From the IMG/VR virus record IMGVR_UViG_3300025133_000025: a DNA stretch of 64,000 bases, one strand, 5' to 3'. Positions 9,411-18,519 of the stretch are shown one piece after another (within the stretch, counting starts at the first letter, position 1; each line of letters opens with the position of its first letter). The notes below the pieces were generated by a model that was not told the DNA's origin, ran no database searches, and saw nothing but the letters and a program-made list of their open reading frames with translations. Both the position numbers and the translations under genes were made by a program. The stretch is from a virus (taxonomy: Duplodnaviria > Heunggongvirae > Uroviricota > Caudoviricetes).

Positions 9411-9541
9411 GATCGCCGCCGGCGCCAGGCGTGAAGTAACCATTCGTGAGGGTGGAATTTACGCCTGGCGTGGGCGTGCTATTCGTTTCAAGAATAAGCG
9501 CAAAGAGGCACAGCGAAATCACTGCCGACGAAAGGTAAGAA

Positions 9542-9985
9542 GTGATGACCAAGATTGAGTGGGAGAAGCTACTGGCTAATCCTTCGCTTCGAACTGACCC
9601 ACTTCCTGGCCCTGAGGCTGGACGAATTTGGGTTATGACTAGCCGGCCAGCGAGCCGGGAGCCGGAGCTTCTTGAATGCGCGTGGAACAATAACAACGAG
9701 CAGAATACATCATCTTGGCCACCATATTGGGGTGACAGTGCGGAGCCGATGTGGTGCGTTGATTACGCAGGCGCGGAAGGTCACAAGTGGTTTGCTGTAA
9801 ATCCTCTGGCACCAGTCATTAATGCAGATGATTGCAATAGAATTTTCTGTGAGTGGGAGTCTGGGTCGTTCATTAGTGCACGTCATCCAGATTTCCAAAG
9901 AGACTTTAACAGGCTTGTAGCTAAGTATGGGCCGCCTGACACTGTTGAATTCAGAGCGCGCAATGAGGGATGGATTCGAGAATGA
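9542..9985 (+). CDS. hypothetical protein 147 aa
   Basis: ORF track. Confidence 0.5.
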   Translation: MMTKIEWEKLLANPSLRTDPLPGPEAGRIWVMTSRPASREPELLECAWNNNNEQNTSSWPPYWGDSAEPMWCVDYAGAEGHKWFAVNPLAPVINADDCNRIFCEWESGSFISARHPDFQRDFNRLVAKYGPPDTVEFRARNEGWIRE

Positions 9986-10536
9986 TTATTTGCCCAGACA
10001 CTGAAATTGAAGAGCTGGCCGGCGGAGTTTACGACTGGACACCTGAGCGAGCTAGTGAGGCCTGGCAACGCAGTTACCAGAAGCTCGGCGCAGCACTTGT
10101 TGCTTGCGACCCCATGAACACCACATTCATTGTTATGGTTGGTTTGCCCGGGAGCGGGAAGAGCACCTTCTCCAGCTGGTATGACGCGAGCAACGCGACC
10201 TCGCCGAGATCGGCCATCATCTTTGATGCAACCAACGTCGCGCCAATGCGCCGAAGTGCTATGCTCAATGTTGCGATCGGCGCTGGGCTCAAAACAGCTG
10301 CAATCTATGTGCAGTGCAACGTGCAGGTTTCATTGGCCCGGCAAGCAGCTCGGGGCCGAAAGGCAATCAGTGGAGACGTCATCCGACGCATGGACAAGCA
10401 ACTGCGTAAGCCCACTGTTAACGAAGGCTTTGGCGCAATCATTGATGTTGTCACAGTTGAACCACACCCGCGTGACAACAGGGGATGGATTGAAATTAGC
10501 GTAAGTGATCGGTCATTCTGGTGCATTGGAGAGTAA
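9970..10536 (+). CDS. P-loop polynucleotide 5'-kinase-like protein (T4 Pnkp kinase-domain-like)
   Basis: Walker A VMVGLPGSGKSTF; sits directly before the RNA ligase gene. Confidence 0.6.
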   Translation: MDSRMIICPDTEIEELAGGVYDWTPERASEAWQRSYQKLGAALVACDPMNTTFIVMVGLPGSGKSTFSSWYDASNATSPRSAIIFDATNVAPMRRSAMLNVAIGAGLKTAAIYVQCNVQVSLARQAARGRKAISGDVIRRMDKQLRKPTVNEGFGAIIDVVTVEPHPRDNRGWIEISVSDRSFWCIGE

Positions 10537-10537
10537 G

Positions 10538-11719
10538 ATGCTCAACATCGAAGACTTTCGTGCTGCAGCTGAGCAGGGCAGCATCCGGCGCACTGCAAAG
10601 AATGAATACGAGCTATTCAACTACACCAGTGAAACTGCAAATAGTCGACTGTGGAATGAAATCACGCTTGAAGCGCGAGGGGTTGTGTTCCATCGTGGCA
10701 AGATTGTTTGCCGCCCGATGCGCAAGTTCTTCAATAGTCACGAGCCTGGTGCTGACTTTGTTGACGGGCTCTACACACCAGAAGTTCTGCTCAAGAAGCT
10801 TGACGGCACGCTGATTAATTTGTGGTGTGACCTTGATGGTGTACTAAATGTATCAACTCGCGGCAGTCTCGACAACGAATACATTGACGGAGCTTGGGAG
10901 CTAATCAAGCAGAACAGGATTGATAGCGCCATCGCCGCGCACTTCCCAGTAAGCTTCGGTGGTGGAACGTTCAGCTTTGAATACACCTATCCGCAGCTGC
11001 GCTTCGGCAATTCAAGTGTTGTCCCTCATGAGAATGAACGACTGTCGCTTCTCAATATTCGCATGCGAAATGGGTGTGAATATAATGCAGCCAAGATCGA
11101 CCGCTTCGGGGCTGAATTGTACGGCGAAGATGCATTCACGCTTTCACAGAAGCGCTATAGTATTGCAACAAATGTCAGCAACCCCAGTATTCCAGAGGCT
11201 GTAGAACAAGCGCTGCTATTGCCGTATACTGACGAGGGGTGGGTCGTTAGCGCATACGACCATAAGCTGCTGCGTAACATTCGCGTAAAGATTAAGGGTG
11301 CGCAGTATATTGCAATGCATCGAGTTGTTCATGGTATGACCCCACGGTCTGTTGCTGACGCATGGTACGCCGGAGTGACTGATGAACTTCTTGATATGCT
11401 GCTTGAACCGCACAAGAACCAGTTGGCCGAAGCGTTCAAGCCGTATGATGAATTGCTAGCAACTGCAACATCAGTCACGCAGGATTGGGTAGAAAATTAT
11501 CTGGCCGACTCTGAAGAGTTTACTGGTGGGACTGGCTTCGAAAGACGTGAGTTTGTCCTGGACGCGCAGCGTGACATTCCGAATCACTGGCAGTTCGCAA
11601 TTCAGGAATACTACAGTGACTCTGATCCTGACTACAAGAAGTGGGTTGTTCGAAAGCTCAATAACGGTAAGGCACCCCGAGCGTGGGAATTGCCTGTAAC
11701 TGACGATGTGAAGGAGTAG
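10538..11719 (+). CDS. RNA ligase, Rnl1 family (copy 1)
   Basis: nucleotidyltransferase motif I KKLDGTL preceded by RKFFN, as in T4 Rnl1; GGAGAG RBS; start at internal ATG abutting the kinase stop. Confidence 0.7.
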   Translation: MLNIEDFRAAAEQGSIRRTAKNEYELFNYTSETANSRLWNEITLEARGVVFHRGKIVCRPMRKFFNSHEPGADFVDGLYTPEVLLKKLDGTLINLWCDLDGVLNVSTRGSLDNEYIDGAWELIKQNRIDSAIAAHFPVSFGGGTFSFEYTYPQLRFGNSSVVPHENERLSLLNIRMRNGCEYNAAKIDRFGAELYGEDAFTLSQKRYSIATNVSNPSIPEAVEQALLLPYTDEGWVVSAYDHKLLRNIRVKIKGAQYIAMHRVVHGMTPRSVADAWYAGVTDELLDMLLEPHKNQLAEAFKPYDELLATATSVTQDWVENYLADSEEFTGGTGFERREFVLDAQRDIPNHWQFAIQEYYSDSDPDYKKWVVRKLNNGKAPRAWELPVTDDVKE

Positions 11720-11828
11720 TCATGGATATGCAGATTGTTTGGGCAGGGATGAATGCAGCAGAGCAAAATGTTGTTGTTATCTGGCTGCTAATTACTTTCT
11801 GTCTTGGGATTTTGATCGGAAGTCGGTG

Positions 11829-12083
11829 ATGCATATCACCCACACACCATGGCAGGCCGCTGGGTTTGATGAAACTGGTGATGGAGTATGCGAACTCCTT
11901 GAAGCTACGTTTCGTTGCTCAGCACACCTTGCGTACCTTGTAACAGTATCTGTCCCAATCAACGATGGTGATGATTACCTTTTTGATGTTAAGCGAGATG
12001 AGAGTTGGTGCACAGACGGTATTGCCTCATCACTGGCAAGCGTTTCTGCGCAGGTTGAAGAGTGGATTTTAGACTTTGGATAA
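11829..12083 (+). CDS. hypothetical protein
   Basis: start at internal ATG, coupled to a 35-aa hydrophobic mini-ORF upstream. Confidence 0.35.
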   Translation: MHITHTPWQAAGFDETGDGVCELLEATFRCSAHLAYLVTVSVPINDGDDYLFDVKRDESWCTDGIASSLASVSAQVEEWILDFG

Positions 12084-12086
12084 AGC

Positions 12087-12398
12087 ATGATTAATAGAGC
12101 AAAAGAAATCGCCAGTGAAGTTGCCAATTATCTTCAGACCGCCGTTGGCGAGATGGGTCACGGCTATGAGACAATGCCTGGTTTGTACGGTATCGAAGAT
12201 CTGCCTCCCCTTCGACAGCGGTTGGCCCGCCGGGGTGATGGATCGCTCGCTGATGCCTTCTACAATGATGAAGGATTGATGCACGACTTGGCAGGCGACC
12301 GCATTTATGATGCAGCCGGTGATGATGACAATCTCTTTAATGAGATTCTCAGTCACATGCCGCGGCACATCAACTGGGATGACCTTAAGAGAAAATGA
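12087..12398 (+). CDS. hypothetical protein 103 aa
   Basis: ORF track. Confidence 0.45.
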   Translation: MINRAKEIASEVANYLQTAVGEMGHGYETMPGLYGIEDLPPLRQRLARRGDGSLADAFYNDEGLMHDLAGDRIYDAAGDDDNLFNEILSHMPRHINWDDLKRK

Positions 12399-13045
12399 AC
12401 CCGCTCATCTTTCTTGATGTCGACGGCGTACTTAACACGCTTAAGTGGAACACACAGGCTGCGAAGTTACACCCTGACGTACAGGCGCTGTTAAGCAATG
12501 ACGATCCTCGGCTAACGACAGATTTCTCTATTGACACCTGGGCACACATGGTTGACCCAGCTAGGGTTGATCATGTGCAAAGAATCGCTGAGCTAACAGG
12601 CGCTGATATTGTCATCAGCTCTTCTTGGCGATTGCACCATGAGTTGGACGAGTTGCGTGAGATGCTTGGTGAAAAAGGGTTGGCTGCTGATGTCATTGGC
12701 AGAACGCCAACATTCTCTCTTGCAAACACAGCAGCATACTACGACAATATTCGTGGTCTTGAAATTGAGCAATGGCTTTTGCAAAACATTTCGCTGGCCG
12801 GACTTGTCGACCAGCGCCTCATTATCTTGGACGATGAAAAAGATATGGGAAGATTGCGGTCCCACCTGATTCAAACTAACTGGACTGGTGGAGGCCTGTT
12901 GCAGAAGCATATTGCAAAAGCCCAGCGTGTCATGAACACAGTCCCAGCAGGAAAAAAGATTGCTGAGCAACCCAACCCAGCTTGGCGTCGCGACGCTGCA
13001 ATAAAACTGTACGGCGAAGACTACATCGTTGCCCTGGAAGCTTAA
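12395..13045 (+). CDS. HAD-superfamily phosphatase (polynucleotide 3'-phosphatase-like)
   Basis: motif I FLDVDGVLNT (DxDG) at the N-terminus; 216 aa. Confidence 0.6.
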   Translation: MNPLIFLDVDGVLNTLKWNTQAAKLHPDVQALLSNDDPRLTTDFSIDTWAHMVDPARVDHVQRIAELTGADIVISSSWRLHHELDELREMLGEKGLAADVIGRTPTFSLANTAAYYDNIRGLEIEQWLLQNISLAGLVDQRLIILDDEKDMGRLRSHLIQTNWTGGGLLQKHIAKAQRVMNTVPAGKKIAEQPNPAWRRDAAIKLYGEDYIVALEA

Positions 13046-13183
13046 ATAGCTCTGCACTGTCGTCAGCGCACACTGCGCCAGCTCCGCACATTCTCTGCGT
13101 TGAGCATTCAGCTAAATTAATCAACTCAGTTTGCAGTCTGCTTCATCGCGCTGAAAGACCCGGCGCCCTGTTTGGCGCTGAGC

Positions 13184-13777
13184 TTACTCTTCATGTCCTA
13201 GTCTATGAAACAGATCAATTTCAACATACTTTACTACACGATTACGTTGGTCCATCATGCGTGTCACACCGACATGGTCCCAGTCATGACTAAAGCTCCA
13301 GATGTCTGCCATAAGCTTATGGAATTGAGCTCGGTCACCCTTGACAGAGAATGTCCGGCCAGGAAGCACAAGTGTTGTACTGAAGGGTTGCCCCAACTCC
13401 ATCATGTGGTTCAAGTGATCCACATAGCGCGGAACCACCCAATCAACTGAAAGAGAGTCTTCACGTCTGCCTGTGCATCCTGCTGACAGTGGCGGCGCAA
13501 AAACCACATGCCACTCTGGATAAACAGTACTGTAATCAATTGTTAGGGCATCGGCAATTCGTACACCCGTTCGCTCCCACTTGGGATCGATGTCAAGACC
13601 ATCACAGTCAATAAAGAAGGCCGCGTATGCATCAGCAAGAAGCTCATACGATGGACCAACGCATGCTTCGACAACACCTTCAACACCGATAGAAGCAAGT
13701 CGGTATGCACGTGCCAAGGCCACGCTTGTCTGTGTGCGTGCTGTCTCTTCTGCCGTGACCGCTGTTACGTTATTCAT
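13184..13777 (-). CDS. hypothetical protein 197 aa
   Basis: ORF track; first gene of the minus-strand block. Confidence 0.5.
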   Translation of the reverse strand: MNNVTAVTAEETARTQTSVALARAYRLASIGVEGVVEACVGPSYELLADAYAAFFIDCDGLDIDPKWERTGVRIADALTIDYSTVYPEWHVVFAPPLSAGCTGRREDSLSVDWVVPRYVDHLNHMMELGQPFSTTLVLPGRTFSVKGDRAQFHKLMADIWSFSHDWDHVGVTRMMDQRNRVVKYVEIDLFHRLGHEE

Positions 13778-14001
13778 TAGGTTTGAGACTCCCGCAGCAT
13801 CTGCTCTTGGGACTCCAACTCCGCGCAGGCTTTTGCCCGCTCATCGAAGGAAATGTTGGAGGGTCTTTGGCACCCGCATTCAACCGGATGCGACGCCCTC
13901 CAGTGTTCCAGTAGATTCGTGAACTCAGACTCAGTACCGTGCATCACCGCACCGAACGGTGTACACGGAACAGCCCACGTGAGCGTTTGTTGGACCATCA
14001 C
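13777..14001 (-). CDS. hypothetical protein
   Basis: ORF track 74 aa. Confidence 0.35.
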   Translation of the reverse strand: MMVQQTLTWAVPCTPFGAVMHGTESEFTNLLEHWRASHPVECGCQRPSNISFDERAKACAELESQEQMLRESQT

Positions 14002-14306
14002 TCAATACCCAGCGCTTCCAACAGAAGCTCTACAGTCCTGTTCTCCGCTGCGGCTGCAGCCTTGTGTAGCTCGTTCTTGACCAGGTCATCCTTCACCAGT
14101 CGGTACCCATTGCTGCACGTAACGCACAGGCCAACCTCGACAACCTTTCGGTGCAAGTCCGGCCTGTGCTCCTTGAGCTTTCGGTAGCTATCGTCCATGA
14201 CAGTCGCCTTACTCATCAGGCTCTTCATCAGGGCCGGGATCGTATCCAGGCTCCATCCACCGAGGCTCATCCTCATAGCGCGAATCATGCCGAACACTTG
14301 CAGCAT
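13998..14306 (-). CDS. hypothetical protein
   Basis: ORF track 102 aa. Confidence 0.4.
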   Translation of the reverse strand: MLQVFGMIRAMRMSLGGWSLDTIPALMKSLMSKATVMDDSYRKLKEHRPDLHRKVVEVGLCVTCSNGYRLVKDDLVKNELHKAAAAAENRTVELLLEALGIE

Positions 14307-14437
14307 AGTCAGCTGTCATGCGGTCTTCTGCTGCACGATCAGCGTCCATGCCCCACTGAATATCAGACCACACCTTTGGCTCACTGTTTAGCAGTCCTCG
14401 CTTTTCAAGCTCCTGAAGGAGTTGGTCATCAGGCACA

Positions 14438-14935
14438 TCACTCAGTCGCACTTGGCACCTCCTCAATTACACGCATAAATTGGTTGATGCCCCGAACATA
14501 TGGCGATTCATCTTGAAAGCGCCAGCTTGCAACCTTCACTGCAACACCGTTATGCGAGATAAAGCGAACGTACGTGTTCGCAGCTTTGTACCAAACAAAC
14601 CACTGCGGTGTGCCCTCGGCAGTCTGCACAAGCAAAGAGTGGGACAGCCAATGTGAAATTTCACCTATGCGTACCCATACGCCACTAGGCAGAAAGCGCC
14701 TTACTGGATAAAATACCGTCGGCGCGATGGCCTCGTGGATGGGCCTTGGCGACACAAAAATAACAGGAACTGTTTTTGGTGACTGCGTCACATTGACTCC
14801 CAAGCACGACAGCTTTGCCGCGGCTGCTTGCTGCTCATCCCAGTTGGACTGGCACGGTTGCCGCACCGCCCAGGACTGTTTTGATAGTTGATGTTGAAAG
14901 CGTTCTGCAAGCGGGTTCCATTCCACCAGCGGCAT
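14438..14935 (-). CDS. hypothetical protein 165 aa
   Basis: ORF track. Confidence 0.5.
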   Translation of the reverse strand: MPLVEWNPLAERFQHQLSKQSWAVRQPCQSNWDEQQAAAAKLSCLGVNVTQSPKTVPVIFVSPRPIHEAIAPTVFYPVRRFLPSGVWVRIGEISHWLSHSLLVQTAEGTPQWFVWYKAANTYVRFISHNGVAVKVASWRFQDESPYVRGINQFMRVIEEVPSATE

Positions 14936-14988
14936 GAAGCGCAGATCTCACGATTGCGACTTGTTGTCTCAGTGAGAGCGTCGCTCAT

Positions 14989-15303
14989 TTACTCTTCAAC
15001 AGTCGCGACGTAATCCCGGGCAAGCTCAACGCCAGCCTGCAGCGCCTGCACAGCCTCAATGCCATAACCCTGTGCTGTGCCCATCAGTGCCCAAAGAGCT
15101 TCGTACTCTGTGCACTGCAAGCAGGCTTCACACCAGTACTCAGGATCAAACTGCAGCTGGTTCTCTGTAATGAACTCATGCAACTTATCGCCTGCGCCAT
15201 CCGTTGCTGCAACGGATTCGTCGGTGATAACCATGAACTGCTGCATAAATTCAGCAGTAAGATACTTGAAATTGTAATTGGGAAATTCAGCCTGGTATTC
15301 CAT
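14989..15303 (-). CDS. acidic hypothetical protein
   Basis: ORF track 104 aa. Confidence 0.45.
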   Translation of the reverse strand: MEYQAEFPNYNFKYLTAEFMQQFMVITDESVAATDGAGDKLHEFITENQLQFDPEYWCEACLQCTEYEALWALMGTAQGYGIEAVQALQAGVELARDYVATVEE

Positions 15304-15338
15304 CTATTCATCCTAGTTTGTTTAACCAGCTACGTTAC

Positions 15339-15599
15339 CTATTGGGTATTGGCACCTGGTACATTTGAAGCGCTTTTGAACGCCCTGGACATGCTCTCAC
15401 TCTTCCAGATGGGTAGAATGATAAGCATTTCTTCATGCACACTATTAACGAACTCAATGAAGTTGAAGCCTGCAGTTTCGATTTTCTCGCGCAGTGGTAG
15501 CAGAAAAGAATCAGAGGAAGCAATTTCAAAGCCAGCCCTAACAGCCAGCTCTGCTGTTTCTTCGACGGCATCCTGGTATGCTTGCGCAAAATTAATCAT
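15339..15599 (-). CDS. hypothetical protein
   Basis: ORF track 86 aa; promoter motif directly upstream. Confidence 0.45.
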   Translation of the reverse strand: MINFAQAYQDAVEETAELAVRAGFEIASSDSFLLPLREKIETAGFNFIEFVNSVHEEMLIILPIWKSESMSRAFKSASNVPGANTQ

Positions 15600-15613
15600 T
15601 TGTTTCCTACCTC

Positions 15614-15643
15614 TATTATAACACAGAGGTCCTTACACGGAAA
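15614..15643 (-). promoter_or_regulatory. phage promoter motif (minus-strand read TTTCCG-N14-TGTTATAAT)
   Basis: plus-strand text TATTATAACA ... CGGAAA. Confidence 0.45.
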
Positions 15644-15645
15644 TT

Positions 15646-15987
15646 CTAGATGTCTGGATTGTCGCGTGTGTTGAGCGCATTGCTGAGCACGATGCGGTCT
15701 GGAATGCCTTCCCTAATCACGGTAATTTTCATGTTCACGGCATTCCAAGAAATAAATTGCACCCAGCTCCAGAGGTTGTCGTGAACAAAGAAGACAAACT
15801 CACCTTCTGGCGTCAGGGCCATTTCTCGACCCCCAGGCCTGGATCCCCTGCCTGGATGTGCAGTGATCTTGATATCTTCATGTTCGCCGTGATATGCCAG
15901 CCCAGCAATTACTTCAGTGTTTGAAATAACCTCCCGCACAGGCACGTAGCCACTGCCGTCAAAAATCCAAATAATTGGGTAGTACAC
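15646..15987 (-). CDS. hypothetical protein 113 aa
   Basis: ORF track. Confidence 0.5.
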   Translation of the reverse strand: MYYPIIWIFDGSGYVPVREVISNTEVIAGLAYHGEHEDIKITAHPGRGSRPGGREMALTPEGEFVFFVHDNLWSWVQFISWNAVNMKITVIREGIPDRIVLSNALNTRDNPDI

Positions 15988-16034
15988 TTCTCACCTCCAT
16001 GACTGGGACTTTCGGCGCCCAGCAAATGAATACG

Positions 16035-16892
16035 TCAACCGATGATTTCTTTAATCTTACGCTCAACTCGAACAAACTTACCATCAATGCAGTAGCCATC
16101 ACGGGGACCCCATGGTTCTGCATGCGCAGCCAAGGCCTCCACACTGATGAAGCAACCATCAGGGTCATCGTCAGTGTATACAATACACGACAACTGATCT
16201 CCGAAAACGCAGCCTGTATCCACGCCTCTGGCGAATGGAAACACTGCTGGTCCCTTGAATGGCTGGTGTCCAAAGACTGCAGTTCCGAACCGCCCGTCGT
16301 ACACTTCTGCCCAGTAGGAATCTTCAGGCCCTTCTTTTCCAAGCATCACGGGCATACCCTTGCTTCCGCTGATGAAACGCGTCCAACAGAGCGTTCCAAA
16401 GAACTTCTTGGTTTTTCCTGCAAGTGTAATGAATGGTGCAGTGACTTCTGTACCGATGTTCTGCATTGCTGCTGGAATGCCGGCGTGAATGACGATCAAT
16501 TCCCACTCAGGAATCCTGATGGCGAGAGGAAGACTGCAAAGGAATGCATAGTGATCCGCAGTCAGGAGCTCGTTGATTTCAACAAACCCGCCTGTACCAG
16601 ACACTGGACTTCCGCGCCTGGACTTCCGCATCGGATTGTTCTTGGGACCCTTTTCAATGTCATGCTTCTTGAAGCGCCGGTGCTTGTCTTCATGGTTGCC
16701 CATGACAACGTCATAGCCCTTCTCAATGACATAGTCAAGCAGTTCAATCTGCTTCGGCCCCTTGTCAAGAAGATCCCCGACAAAGACACGGCGGATGCCA
16801 CCTGGGAACTGCCTGTCGAGCTCTGCTTCCAGTGCAAGGAGCTCATCAAAGCAACCGTGAATGTCACCAATAATTGCTACAGGTTCCGGCAT
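16035..16892 (-). CDS. Ser/Thr protein phosphatase (lambda PPase / ApaH-like metallophosphatase)
   Basis: GDIHGC ... GDLLDKGP ... GNHE motifs. Confidence 0.75.
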   Translation of the reverse strand: MPEPVAIIGDIHGCFDELLALEAELDRQFPGGIRRVFVGDLLDKGPKQIELLDYVIEKGYDVVMGNHEDKHRRFKKHDIEKGPKNNPMRKSRRGSPVSGTGGFVEINELLTADHYAFLCSLPLAIRIPEWELIVIHAGIPAAMQNIGTEVTAPFITLAGKTKKFFGTLCWTRFISGSKGMPVMLGKEGPEDSYWAEVYDGRFGTAVFGHQPFKGPAVFPFARGVDTGCVFGDQLSCIVYTDDDPDGCFISVEALAAHAEPWGPRDGYCIDGKFVRVERKIKEIIG

Positions 16893-16996
16893 CTTACTTC
16901 CCTACTGTTCGCATGATTCTATCTTGTTGCACTGCCACTTCAATCTTTTTACGAGCAGAGCGCGCTGCTTGCCAATCACTCCTGTGGCCATAGCCA

Positions 16997-17206
16997 TTAA
17001 TTATAGAGCCCAGTAGGCGTTAGATGCAGCCTGTCGTTTCTAACAACAGCAATGCTGCCCGTGGGCAACTGGATTGACGAAGTCCCGTCAGTTCGAACTT
17101 CTACAAGAAGAACCTCACGCAATGGACCCTTCGTCATAGGGTCATCCCCCAGTTCAAGAAATGGAAGATCAGTCCACACGACCTTTCTATCAGATTGTTT
17201 TCCCAT
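16997..17206 (-). CDS. hypothetical protein
   Basis: ORF track 69 aa. Confidence 0.3.
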   Translation of the reverse strand: MGKQSDRKVVWTDLPFLELGDDPMTKGPLREVLLVEVRTDGTSSIQLPTGSIAVVRNDRLHLTPTGLYN

Positions 17207-17378
17207 CAGAATTCACCTGTCAATCCTGCAACAAACAATATTACAGCACTAAGTCCGTACGTAATTGTAGCCACACGCCAAAATCTTCCCCATCCACTCG
17301 CTGAGTTGCCATGAATGCGCCATGAAAGGGCGCAGATAACAATGGCACCAGCGAAATAAAGGAAATGGGAAAGTATAC

Positions 17379-17624
17379 TCATTCATCATCTTCGAATACA
17401 GCAGGCCTGAACCATGCATGGTCATTGTCTGCAATTTCCTGAAGGAGATTGTTTCTTCGACGCGATGCAGTAAGAAATTCAGTCACGACTGCTATAGCAA
17501 TTGCACCGCCTCCCCACAGCTTTACAAGTGTGACAGGGTCATCACCCATGATGTAGCACACAATGATGACAAGAAAGAGATAAATCTGTCTTGTCAACAA
17601 ACTTCGAAACGCTCTAAACGTCAT
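17379..17624 (-). CDS. small membrane protein
   Basis: 81 aa with hydrophobic core LFLVIIVCYIM. Confidence 0.4.
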   Translation of the reverse strand: MTFRAFRSLLTRQIYLFLVIIVCYIMGDDPVTLVKLWGGGAIAIAVVTEFLTASRRRNNLLQEIADNDHAWFRPAVFEDDE

Positions 17625-17644
17625 TCTAAACTCCGACTGAAGAT

Positions 17645-17720
17645 TTGGAGGGCCATCCGGGATTTGAACCCGGGACGTGGGGATTAAGAGTCCCTTGTTC
17701 TACCAGCTGAACTAATGGCC
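17645..17720 (-). tRNA. tRNA-Lys (anticodon CTT), CCA encoded
   Basis: manual fold: 7-bp acceptor GGGCCAT/ATGGCCC, D arm GTTC..GAAC, loop CTCTTAA, T arm CCGGG-TTCAAAT-CCCGG. Confidence 0.75.
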
Positions 17721-17730
17721 CAGATACTTT

Positions 17731-17994
17731 TTACTTTTTGAAGAAGAGAGGTTGGCTGCCCGGAGCTGCCGGAACTGCATCTTCTGCCAACACGTACTTC
17801 TGATACGAGATCGCGATCTTTCCGTCAGGCAGCTTAGTTTCAACTTCGACCAGAATCTTATCAGGTGGCTCAGCTACAATTTCGTATTCACCGAGAATTG
17901 ATGGGCGTTGTGTGCGTGTCATATGCGCCTCCTGTATTCTTTGAGATCCTTGCGGAGCTCTGCCTTGATCCTTCGTGCAGTTTCTCCCCGCCAA
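17731..17994 (-). CDS. hypothetical protein
   Basis: ORF track 87 aa. Confidence 0.35.
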   Translation of the reverse strand: MAGRNCTKDQGRAPQGSQRIQEAHMTRTQRPSILGEYEIVAEPPDKILVEVETKLPDGKIAISYQKYVLAEDAVPAAPGSQPLFFKK

Positions 17995-18224
17995 GTCGTT
18001 GCGTTTGAGAGAAAATACAACACAACAGATTCGCCATCGTCCAGACCGTACTGTGATGTAAAGTCATCCAAATAAAGCATTGCATTCAAATACGGTTGGG
18101 CGTGAGGAGAAACATTCTGCCAGTCAGTTAGAATCTCTTCAGTAATTTTCCAAATCGGTCGCATCTTACTCTCCCTAGCAGCTAATGTACTGTGTATGGA
18201 AACCAGCGTGACTTCCATCAACAA
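17919..18224 (-). CDS. hypothetical protein
   Basis: ORF track 101 aa; overlaps neighbours, so true starts are uncertain. Confidence 0.35.
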   Translation of the reverse strand: MLMEVTLVSIHSTLAARESKMRPIWKITEEILTDWQNVSPHAQPYLNAMLYLDDFTSQYGLDDGESVVLYFLSNATTWRGETARRIKAELRKDLKEYRRRI

Positions 18225-18414
18225 CGTAGCGAATGAGTCGAAAATTGTTTCCTCGTCGAGGCTCGCCCTTCATGGAAGCCACTACATCATCGATGCTAGG
18301 TGCCAAAACCTTGCCCAGGCGCTGTCCTTCACGGTACAAAAACCCAGCTCGTGTCAGCCTGAAGTGGGTTCCTGCCTTTGTCACAATTTCCATGTTCTTC
18401 ATTATCTTCCTCAT
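18175..18414 (-). CDS. hypothetical protein
   Basis: ORF track 79 aa. Confidence 0.35.
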   Translation of the reverse strand: MRKIMKNMEIVTKAGTHFRLTRAGFLYREGQRLGKVLAPSIDDVVASMKGEPRRGNNFRLIRYVVDGSHAGFHTQYISC

Positions 18415-18420
18415 TTTAAA

Positions 18421-18497
18421 TGGTCAGGGTGGCAGGTCTCGAACCTGCGAACCTCCGGACCCCAAGACCGGCGCTCTACCAACTGAGCTACACCCTG
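18421..18497 (-). tRNA. tRNA-Pro (anticodon TGG), CCA encoded
   Basis: manual fold: acceptor CAGGGTG, loop CTTGGGG, T arm GCAGG-TTCGAGA-CCTGC. Confidence 0.7.
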
Positions 18498-18519
18498 TTA
18501 TTTTCCTTCAAGTTCTTCA

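Noticed and set aside
13158-13177. Short GC hairpin GCGCC-CTGTTT-GGCGC between the convergent plus and minus gene blocks
   Set aside because: The stem is only 5 bp. It is plausible as a bidirectional terminator but too weak to call.
15975-16916. 313-aa plus-strand ORF opposite the Ser/Thr phosphatase
   Set aside because: The minus-strand frame has clear metallophosphatase motifs, so the plus-strand frame is spurious.
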